Source: an uncultured Thermodesulfobacteriota bacterium
GTDB lineage: Bacteria > Desulfobacterota > DSWW01
DNA length: 64,000 nucleotides
Assembly (NCBI GenBank): GCA_964479535.1
Contig: CAYZMM010000004.1
Coordinates: forward strand, 70,459 to 134,458
Direction: 5' to 3'
A model generated the notes under the pieces. That model was not told the origin of the DNA. It searched no databases and saw only the letters and a list, made by a program, of their open reading frames with translations. Shown here one piece after another: positions 19,290-27,732 of this stretch (position 1 is its first letter; every line of letters starts with the position of its first letter). Both the position numbers and the translations under genes were made by a program.

Positions 19290-22121
19290 TTACACCAGCT
19301 CCTCGAGAAGGGCCTTCGCCTCCTTCAGGTCGCGGGCCTCTTGCTTGCGGCCCTGCTGCTGCCACAGGCGGGCGAGGCCCGTCGCCGCACGAAGCTCATA
19401 GGATTTCGCCCTCTGGCGCCGCGCTACCTCGAGCGCATCGCGGAAGGACGCCTCCGCCCCTGCCGGGTCGGCAGCGGTACGAGCGAGGAGCAGCTCGGCC
19501 TTCGTGCGGTGCAACTCCGCCTCCGCATAGCGTTCGCCGGTCTTGGTCGCGAATTCCAATCCCTCCGCTACGACGGCGAGGCCTTCCTCCACTTGCCCTG
19601 CCTTCCCGTGTGCCACGGCCAGAGTAGCAAGAAACCACGAGAATGCGGCCAACGCGCCCCTAGCCCGCAGACCCTCGAGAATGGAGCGCATTCCCGTGAT
19701 TCCTTTCTCCAGCTCTCTCCGCTCTGTAAGTGCCGCGAAGCGACACATGGTTCCGAATGCTAGCCAGTATGGAAAACCATGCTCTTCCGACAGAACGATC
19801 AGTGCTTCGGTCACCTTCAGGGACGCCTCCGAGTCTCGGCGCAGCAAGTGAACGATGCCAAGACCATTAAGGGCTGTTGCCTCACTGAAGGTATGAGACA
19901 GCTCCCGCGCCAGGGCGAGTGCCTCCCGGGCTCTTGTCAGGGCCTGTTCCGGATAGCCGAGCCAGAAAAGCGTCCAGCTCGAGTAGAACAGCGCAAGTAC
20001 GCCAACATTCGAAGAGGCCGAGAGGTAATCATGGCCCCGGTGTTTTTTGGGGTCGTAGAGGCCCAGCAGTTCTTCGAGATGTTCTCGGGCCTCGCAATGC
20101 TCCCCCCGCAAGAAGGATGTCGCGCCCATGGCGACCAGCGCGCAAAGGATTTGTCCCGGATCACCTGTCTGGCGGGCCACACGCAGCAGTTCCTCTGCTA
20201 GCAGGCGCGACTTGTCATGCTCAGCACGCATTTGTTGGCCCGCCCGCAGTCCATTCAAGGCTTCGAACAAATGAGAAGCATCCCCAAGGCGCCGAGCGAG
20301 ATCTCTGGCGCGCGCATACGCCTGCTCCGTCTCCACAGACGCGAAGCCCTCGGTCACGTGCAAGGCCTGGCCGAGTGTGCACTGCAGGACCAGATCCAGT
20401 TCGTCGCGCTCCCGGGTCTCGGGCAGAGTCTTCTGCTGTTCGAGAGCCTGCCTGAGGCGATCGATCGCCTCCCCGTAGGCCGAGCGCTCGATGGCCTGCT
20501 CTCCGGCCAGCCGGAGGTACTCGACCGCCTTCGGCGTGTTCGCGCTCCGGCCGTAGTGATGGGCCAGTTCCTCGTAGTGGGCGTCGAGTCCCTGAGGGTT
20601 GAGGGCCTCGATGGCCTGGCCGGTGCGCTCGTGCAGCACGCGCCGACGCTCCCTGAGAAGGGAGCCGTACGCCACCTCCTGCGTGAGGGCGTGCTTGAAG
20701 GTGTACTCCGGGTCCGGAAAGGCCGGCCGCTCGTAGATGAACTCCGCTACCTGCAGATGCGAGAGCCCGCGGGAGAGCTCCTCCAGGAAGAAGGGGTTTC
20801 CCTGGGTCTTGGAAAGGATGAGCCGGTCCAGGGCCTCCCGCTCTTCTCCCGCCCCTTCGCCCAGAAGGGCACCGAGCAGCTCCCTTGACTCCTCGGCTCC
20901 GAAAGGATCCAGCCTGAGCTGCGTGTAGCAGGTCCTGCTCCCCCAGCCGTGCCCGTACTCGGGCCGGTAGTTGACCAGCAAGAGGAGCCTCGCCGTGGCC
21001 ACACTGTCGACGAGCACGTCCAGGAAGGCCTGCGTCTCGGAGTCGATCCAGTGGAGATCCTCGAAGAGGAGAACACAGGGCTGGTTGAGGGTCTCCCGCA
21101 CCAGCACGCGTTTCACCGCCTCCAGGGCCCGCTGCCGCCGGATCTGCGGGTCCATCTGCTCGAGGGAGCCCGTCCTGTCTCCGATGCCGAGGAGGGTGAA
21201 GAGATACGGCAGGGTGTCCTCGAGCGTGCGGTCCAGGGCGAGCACGGTCCCGGTGACCTTCTCCCGCCTCCGGCGCTCGTCGTCTTCCACTCGGATTCGG
21301 AAATAGCCCTTCAGAAGCTCGAGCAACGGCAGGTAGGCGGATGCCTTGCCGTGGGAGACCGAGAAACCCTCGAGCACGCGGCAGCCGCTCCCGACGAGCC
21401 CCTTGAACTCGTGGAGCAGGCGCGACTTGCCCACACCCGCCTCGCCCAGCACCGCCAAAATCTGCCCACGTCCCGCTTGGGCTGCCTCCCACGCCCGCTC
21501 GAGCTCTCCCATCTCCCGCTCTCGGCCTACGAAGCGAACCAGCCCCCGCCTTGCCGAGACCTCCAGGGGGCTTCTCAGCGGACCCACGCCCTGCAACTCA
21601 TAGACACGCAGTGGCTCCGAGGTTCCGGCGATTTTGGACTCCCCCAGGTCCAGGAGTTGGAAAAAACCCTCCACGAGCCGCGCCGTGTGCTGGCTCAGGT
21701 AGGCGTGGCCCGGCTCTGCGAGCTGCTCGACTCGCTGCGCTAAACCCACCGTGTGCCGCTGAGCCGTGTAGTCCATGCGCAGGTCATCTCCGATCTTCCC
21801 GACCACCACCTCCCCGGAATTCAGGCCGAGACGGACCGAGAAGTTCAAGCTCCGATCCATGCGAAGCTCTTGCGCGTACTTCCTGAGTTGCTCGCAGAGA
21901 GCCAGCGCCGCGCAGCAAGCCCTCTGGGCGTGATCCTCGTGCGCGATCGGCGCACCGAACAGCGCCATGATGCCGTCGCCCGTGTACTGGTTCACCGTTC
22001 CCTCGAAGCGGTGCACGCCGTCTGCGAGATTCTGGAAGAACCGGTCGAGGATGCGGTGCCACTCCTCCGGGTCGACCTGCTCGGCCAGCTCCATCGACCC
22101 CTTCACGTCGGCGAAGAGCAC
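19290..22121 (-). CDS. class III nucleotidyl cyclase (CHD) - AAA/STAND NTPase - TPR protein, paralog 1 (N-terminally truncated; no Zn-ribbon; GTG start)
   Basis: The FADVKGS...GDGIMALFG metal-binding Asps, Walker A GEAGVGKSRL and C-terminal TPR-like helices are all present. Homology to the other copies continues upstream of the only start codon. Confidence 0.8.
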   Translation of the reverse strand: MLFADVKGSMELAEQVDPEEWHRILDRFFQNLADGVHRFEGTVNQYTGDGIMALFGAPIAHEDHAQRACCAALALCEQLRKYAQELRMDRSLNFSVRLGLNSGEVVVGKIGDDLRMDYTAQRHTVGLAQRVEQLAEPGHAYLSQHTARLVEGFFQLLDLGESKIAGTSEPLRVYELQGVGPLRSPLEVSARRGLVRFVGREREMGELERAWEAAQAGRGQILAVLGEAGVGKSRLLHEFKGLVGSGCRVLEGFSVSHGKASAYLPLLELLKGYFRIRVEDDERRRREKVTGTVLALDRTLEDTLPYLFTLLGIGDRTGSLEQMDPQIRRQRALEAVKRVLVRETLNQPCVLLFEDLHWIDSETQAFLDVLVDSVATARLLLLVNYRPEYGHGWGSRTCYTQLRLDPFGAEESRELLGALLGEGAGEEREALDRLILSKTQGNPFFLEELSRGLSHLQVAEFIYERPAFPDPEYTFKHALTQEVAYGSLLRERRRVLHERTGQAIEALNPQGLDAHYEELAHHYGRSANTPKAVEYLRLAGEQAIERSAYGEAIDRLRQALEQQKTLPETRERDELDLVLQCTLGQALHVTEGFASVETEQAYARARDLARRLGDASHLFEALNGLRAGQQMRAEHDKSRLLAEELLRVARQTGDPGQILCALVAMGATSFLRGEHCEAREHLEELLGLYDPKKHRGHDYLSASSNVGVLALFYSSWTLFWLGYPEQALTRAREALALARELSHTFSEATALNGLGIVHLLRRDSEASLKVTEALIVLSEEHGFPYWLAFGTMCRFAALTERRELEKGITGMRSILEGLRARGALAAFSWFLATLAVAHGKAGQVEEGLAVVAEGLEFATKTGERYAEAELHRTKAELLLARTAADPAGAEASFRDALEVARRQRAKSYELRAATGLARLWQQQGRKQEARDLKEAKALLEELV

Positions 22122-22448
22122 CGTGACCTGCTTGCGCTCGCCCTCCAGTGCGGGCCTGGACTGCAGGATCCTGTCGGCCAGGTGCTTGGGGGTGTAGGAC
22201 TGAGGCCGGGAATAGTCGATGGGCGCAGCCGTTCTACACTTTAGAAATACGGAGTGGACCCTGTCAAGAGAATCCTTGAGGTCATGAAACGAGGAAAAGC
22301 CTATACGAGTCCGGAAGGAAACCGAGGGGCAGGGGAAATCCGAATCTCCTCTGTGTCAAGTCATCTGAGGACCAAAGGGGATTAACGGCCACTTCCCGAC
22401 GAGAGTCGGCATGCTCCCGATTGACAGCACCCCTCAGGAAGCCTTGAA

Positions 22449-22676
22449 TCACGTCTTCTTCAGGACCGATGCAGGGAGTTCTGCTTGATCGAGGATTGAC
22501 TTGATGGTTTTGGGAGCGAGAGTTTCCTTGGCATGAACCGGAACCGTAACGTGGAGTCTACCGTCTTCGCTCTCGAAATGGTGGTGACTGCCTCTCACGT
22601 GACTCAGAGAGAATCCATGTTTCATCAGGATCCTGCAGAGTTGCTTTCCTGTTACTCTTCCGAGTTTCCGAGTCAA
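22449..22676 (-). CDS. hicA: HicA toxin (mRNA interferase)
   Basis: 75 aa with the RGSHHHF...VTVPVH HicA signature. It has a 4-nt overlap with hicB. Confidence 0.8.
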   Translation of the reverse strand: MTRKLGRVTGKQLCRILMKHGFSLSHVRGSHHHFESEDGRLHVTVPVHAKETLAPKTIKSILDQAELPASVLKKT

Positions 22677-22906
22677 GCCGCGACCTCTATTCTGATTCTC
22701 GCATCCGGCTCAAACTCTCTGGGAACAGGCTTCTTCGCCTTCCTGAGACCCTCGATGTGACAGAGGATAGCCTCTCTCGCCCTGTCTATGCATTGCTCGA
22801 TGTCCTTCCCTTGCGTAACGCAGCCCGGAAGGACAGGAACCGTCACCGTAAACATCTTAGCCTCTTTGTCGTAATACAACTCGATGTTGTAAGTCAGTTT
22901 TCTCAT
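22673..22906 (-). CDS. hicB: HicB antitoxin (UPF0150 / RNase-H-like fold)
   Basis: YNIELYYDKEAKMFTVTVPVLPGCVTQG is typical of HicB. The start is at 22906, with 22924 possible. Confidence 0.75.
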   Translation of the reverse strand: MRKLTYNIELYYDKEAKMFTVTVPVLPGCVTQGKDIEQCIDRAREAILCHIEGLRKAKKPVPREFEPDARIRIEVAA

Positions 22907-22995
22907 ATCAAAATCCTCCAGCATCGAGTAATCTGGATGAGGCTCCGGTAGGCAGCAGCCCTTCACGACACCGAAGCCTGACCAGCAACAACCAA

Positions 22996-23024
22996 ATACT
23001 ACAGAAGGTCCGAAGAAATGACAA
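22996..23024 (-). promoter_or_regulatory. putative sigma70 promoter for hicBA (TTGTCA-17-TAGTAT on the minus strand)
   Basis: It sits roughly 70-90 nt upstream of the hicB start in locally AT-rich sequence. Confidence 0.3.
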
Positions 23025-23099
23025 TTGCGAACCGGTCCCTATCTCGCTTGCGCATTGAAATGATTCAAGATAAGGGTCGTGTGTTCTCCCTGGGGCGCC

Positions 23100-23330
23100 C
23101 ATGCCGGACAGACCTGCTTCCGTCCGTTGCCGGCAACTCCGCCAGCTCGTTCCTCACCTTGGCCGGCTCGGTCAGGTGTCCCAGTCGCTCGAAGATCACC
23201 AGGGCATCTGTCAGGTATTTTCGTGCCTCCTGCACGTTCCCCTGCTGCTTGTGGTACCGGCCCATGCCGGAGTAGTCAAGGGCCAGTTCGTTTTCGGCCT
23301 TGATCTCTCTGTTGATGGATACGCTCTCCC
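23100..23330 (-). pseudogene. orphan C-terminal TPR fragment of a further cyclase-STAND-TPR paralog (remnant)
   Basis: ENELALDYSGMGRYHKQQGNVQEARKYL...VRNELAELP closely parallels the extreme C-terminus of copy 4 (ENELALAYASMGRFYKMQGNMEKTREYL...VRKELADLP). Confidence 0.5.
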
Positions 23331-23601
23331 CAAGCTGAGACGATGATTGCGAGTTTGACCCTCTTACCGTCTTTCCTGCCCGTTCTACTCGGTGGACTTT
23401 AAAGCCCCCGTAAGGCAAAATCGTAAAAAGGAGGACAAACTTGCTTGAACGACCATAATCCTGTCTTCCTAACGCGGCTTGCACCTCAGAGGGAACGTCA
23501 GGATGATCAAGCCCGCCACAAGATGGTCTTGTCGACTTCTCCCTCTCGCTACGAATGTCTACTTCCTGTCGCTCTTGATGGTGCCCAGTGTCTGACGAGG
23601 T

Positions 23602-26600
23602 TCATGCCAGCTCGTCGAGAAGGGCCTTCGCCTCCTTCAGGTCGCGGGTATCGAGGCCCTCGGTGAACCAGTCGTAGACAGGTGCGAGTAGATCGCGGGC
23701 CTCTTGCCTGCGGCCCTGCTTCCGCCACAGGCGGGCGAGGCCCGTCGCGGCACGAAGCTCATAGGATTTCGCGCTCTGGCGCCGCGCTACCTCGAGCGCA
23801 TCGCGGAAGGACGCCTCCGCCCCTTCCGGGTCGGCAGGCGTACGAGCGAGAACCAACTCGGCCTTTACGCGATGCAATTCCGCCTCGCCCCAGTGTTCGC
23901 CGGTCTTCCTCACGAATTCCAGTTCCTCCGCGGCGGCGGCAAGCCCTTCCTCCACTTGCCCTGCCTTCCTGTGTGCTCCGGCCAAGAGGGCAAGATACCA
24001 CGACGATCCCACCACTGCCCCCCTGGCCCGCATACCCTCGATAACAGAGCGCATTCCGGCGATTCCCTCCTGCAGATCGCCCTGCTCAGCGAGAGCCGCG
24101 CCGCGAAAGCCGGCTCCGAATGCCAGATACGAAGGAAACCCCTGCTCGCTCGATAGGGCGATCAGCGTTTCTGCTGTCTCAAGGGAGGCCTTCGACTCGC
24201 GACGAAACATGTGGACGATACCGAGACCGAGGAGGGCAGTTCCCTCACTGAAGGCATGGGAGAGTTCCCGGGCAAGGGCGAGGCCCTGCCGGGCTCTTGT
24301 CAGGGCCTGATCCGCGTACCCGAACGGGAACAGCGTCCAGCTGAAGAAAAGGAGCCCCCATATGCCAACATTGGCTGTGGGCTTGAGGTATTCGTGGCCC
24401 CGGTGCTTCTTGGGGTCGTAGAGGCGGAGGAGCTCTTCGAGATGTTCCCGGGCCTCGTAAAACTCTCCCCGATAGAAGGATGCCACGCCCATGCCGAAGA
24501 GCGCACGCAGGAGTTGTCCCGGGTCGTGTGACTCGCGGGCCACACCGAGCAGTTCCTCGGCGAGCAATTGCGACTTGTCATGCTCAGCACGAGCGATTTG
24601 GACCGTCCGCAGTCCGTTCAACGCCGCAAACAACTGAGAAGCGTCCCCCAGGCACCGGGCGAGATCTCGGGCGCGCACATACGCCTGCTCCGCTTCCGCG
24701 GACGCCAAGCCCTCGATCACGAGCAAAGCCTGGCCGAGTGCGGACTGCACGACCAGCTCCAGCTCGTCCCGCTCCCGGGTGTCGGACAGGGTCTTCAGGA
24801 GTTCGAGAGCCTGCCTGAGCCGGGCGATAGCCTCGCCGTACGCCGAGCGCGCCACCGCCTGCTCACCGGCCAGCCGCAGGTACTCGACAGCCTTGGGCGT
24901 GTTCGCGCTCCGGCCGTAGTGATGGGCCAGTTCCTCGTAATGGGCGTCGAGCGCCTGAGGGTTGAGAGCCTCGATGGCCTGCCCGGTGCGCTCGTGCAGC
25001 ACGCCCCGGCGCTCCCGGAGTAGCGACCCGTACGCCACTTCCTACGTGAGTGCGTGCTTGAACGTGTACTCCGGGTCCGGAAAGGCCGGCCGCTCGTAGA
25101 TGAACTCCGCTGCCTGCAGATGCGAGAGCTCTCTGGAGAGATACTCCTCGGCCTCTCCGGCCACGGCGCGGATGAGGCCCAGGGAGAACTCCTTGCCGAT
25201 CACGGCCAGGGTCTGCAGCAGGTCCTTCTCCCGGGAAGGCAGCCGGTCGATGCGTGCCCCGATCACCCCCTGAACCGTGGCCGGGATGTGGAGTTCTGTC
25301 GGGGATCTCTTCAGACGGTAATGACCCGGCTCCCCTGCGAGCACCCCTTCCTCGACGAGCGTCTGCACCAGCTCCTCCAGGAAGAAGGGGTTTCCCTGGG
25401 TCTTGGAAAGGATGAGCCGGTCCAGGGCCTCCCGCTCTTCTCCCGCCCCTTCGCCCAGAAGGGCACCGAGCAGCTCCCTTGACTCCTCGGCTCCGAAAGG
25501 ATCCAGCCTGAGCTGCGTGTAGCAGGTCCTGCTCCCCCAGCCGTGCCCGTACTCGGGCCGGTAGTTGACCAGCAAGAGGAGCCTCGCCGTGGCCACACTG
25601 TCGACGAGCACGTCCAGGAAGGCCTGCGTCTCGGAGTCGATCCAGTGGAGATCCTCGAAGAGGAGAACACAGGGCTGGTTGAGGGTCTCCCGCACCAGCA
25701 CGCGTTTCACCGCCTCCAGGGCCCGCTGCCGCCGGATCTGCGGGTCCATCTGCTCGAGGGAGCCCGTCCTGTCTCCGATGCCGAGGAGGGTGAAGAGATA
25801 CGGCAGGGTGTCCTCGAGCGTGCGGTCCAGGGCGAGCACGGTCCCGGTGACCTTCTCCTGCCTCCGGCGCTCGTCGTCTTCGATCCGGATTCGGAAATAG
25901 CCCTTCAGAAGTTCGAGCAACGGCAGGTAGGCGTATGCCTTGCCGTGGGAGACCGAGAAGCCCTCGAGCACGCGGCAGCCGCTCGTAAGCTGCTCTTTGA
26001 ACTCGTAGAGGAGGCGCGACTTGCCCACACCCGCCTCGCCCAGCACTGCCACGATCTGCCCGCGGCCCGCCCGGGCTGCCTCCCAGGCGCGCTCAAGCTC
26101 TCCCATCTCCCGCCGCCGGCCCACGAAGCGCACAAGCCCTCGCCTCGCGGCTACCTCCATTTTCGTTCGCAGGGGGCCCACGCCCTGCAGCTCGAAGACA
26201 CGCAGCGGTTCCTGCACGCCCTGCACGTTGAAGCGGCCCAGATCGCTGAGGCGGAGCGCCGCGTAGCACGCCCGCTGCGCATGGTCCTCGTGGGCAATGG
26301 GCGCACCGAACAGCGCCATGATCCCGTCGCCCGTGTACTGGTTCACGGTTCCTTCGAAGCGGTGGACCCCATCGGCCAGGATCTGGAAGAAACGGTCGAG
26401 GATGCGGTGCCACTCCTCCGGGTCCACCTGCTCGGCCAGCTCCATGGACCCCTTCACGTCGGCGAAGAGGACGGTCACCTGCTTCCGCTCCCCATCCAGT
26501 GCGGACCCGGACTGCAGAATCCTGTCGGCCAGGTGTTTGGGCGTGTAAGACTGAGGCTGCAAGTGGTCTATCGTGGCGGCTTCAACAGGCTTTCTCAGGT

Positions 26601-26742
26601 CGTGGCCGCATCTATCACAGAACCTGCTTTCCGGTGTATTCAGGTTTGCGCATTGAGGGCAGGAGAGTTCCAGTTTGCTCCCGCACGCCTTGCAGAAGGT
26701 GGCCCCCTCTCTGTTTTCGGCGTGGCAAGTGGGGCACTTCAT
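23602..26742 (-). pseudogene. Zn-ribbon - cyclase - AAA/STAND - TPR paralog 2, disrupted by an in-frame TAG at 25039-25041 and an in-frame deletion of about 243 bp in the cyclase domain
   Basis: The two ORFs 25042..26742 and 23602..25038 share a frame and are separated only by TAG, where copy 1 has CAG. The cyclase domain lacks roughly 81 aa present in copies 1, 3 and 4. Confidence 0.75.
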
Positions 26743-26778
26743 CCAGGTCCTCCAAGCCGATTCAGGCGAATCGATGCC

Positions 26779-27183
26779 CTATAGCAATTTCACCTGTCTC
26801 AGGGCCTTGACCTTCCTGTGAAGCTTCTTGTCTGACGTGACGAGATCACACGCAAGCCGCCTTGCCAGCTCGACATATGCGGCATCGTAGAGGGTGATTC
26901 CATAGCGTCTGGACAATCGGATGGCGCTCGAGAACTCCTCGAATCCAAGGTCAAAGACCTGGAGGTCAAAATTCCACAGCATGGAGAACACCTCGGAGAC
27001 CGCCCCTGCATCCAGCCTTGTCCGCGTTAGGAGCACGTTGGCCGCTTCATAGAAGAACAGGTCCGGCACGGCGATCGGCTCTTCTCCGGAAACGTGCACG
27101 TCCCTGTAACGAAGGGCTCGATCACTGCCTTCCTCGTTCTCAAAGATCCACTTGAGGACGACCGATGCATCCAATACGATCAT
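26779..27183 (-). CDS. vapC: VapC PIN-domain toxin
   Basis: MIVLDASVV...YEAANVL...YDAAYVELA...TSD gives the PIN acidic residues. A 4-nt overlap with phd is present. Confidence 0.8.
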   Translation of the reverse strand: MIVLDASVVLKWIFENEEGSDRALRYRDVHVSGEEPIAVPDLFFYEAANVLLTRTRLDAGAVSEVFSMLWNFDLQVFDLGFEEFSSAIRLSRRYGITLYDAAYVELARRLACDLVTSDKKLHRKVKALRQVKLL

Positions 27184-27458
27184 CTGCTGTCTCTCATCTC
27201 GCGGATTGCCCCCGTCACATCCGTTCGGCTGGTCTCTTTCCCATGTCGCTCTTTCCACTTCTCCATGCCTGCACAGATCTCCTGAAGTTTCCGGCCCCTC
27301 TCCTTTTTCAGTATCCTCTCCTCATACTCATCTACGGAAATGATGACCGCGAGGGGCTTGTTTGCCCTTGACACGATGAAGCGCTCCTTTCGGTCGTGAA
27401 CCTCGTTCAGAATGCTTCCGAGCTTCTTCCTTAGGTCCAGCGCAGTCAGTCTCTTCAT
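27180..27458 (-). CDS. phd: Phd/YefM-family antitoxin
   Basis: 93 aa. FIVSRANKPLAVIISVDEYE is classic for Phd/YefM. Confidence 0.75.
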   Translation of the reverse strand: MKRLTALDLRKKLGSILNEVHDRKERFIVSRANKPLAVIISVDEYEERILKKERGRKLQEICAGMEKWKERHGKETSRTDVTGAIREMRDSR

Positions 27459-27480
27459 TGTCTTCTCCCTTCTGGGTTCA

Positions 27481-27510
27481 ACTATACTATGAGCTATCAT
27501 AGTCACTATG
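27481..27510 (-). promoter_or_regulatory. putative phd-vapC operator: inverted repeat CTATGA-N4-TCATAG plus ACTAT direct repeats immediately upstream of phd
   Basis: The palindrome at 27487-27502 lies 30-50 nt upstream of the phd start codon. Confidence 0.35.
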
Positions 27511-27732
27511 TCAATGAGATCTGGCCTGGGCTCCCTCCGAATGCGCCCTAAGACGTGATGCACGCGAGGGCCTCCCGGGCGCGGGTGAGCCAGTAGCTCC
27601 AGGGGGCGTTCATTTCCAGGCATACGGCTTCCGCTTTTTTCAGGTTACCCACGGCTTCTTCTCTTCTCTCCGGATCGGCGAACAGCCCCCCGAAGCGGTA
27701 GGGTGGATGAAGCGAAGCGAATCCGCCACAGT

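Noticed and set aside
25039-25041. In-frame TAG codons in copy 2 and behind the acyl-CoA synthetase (37360-37362) as evidence for amber recoding or pyrrolysine.
   Set aside because: TAG terminates several ordinary genes here (URO-D, thiolase, iorA, paaK) at positions consistent with full-length proteins. A nonsense mutation or simple gene juxtaposition is the simpler explanation.
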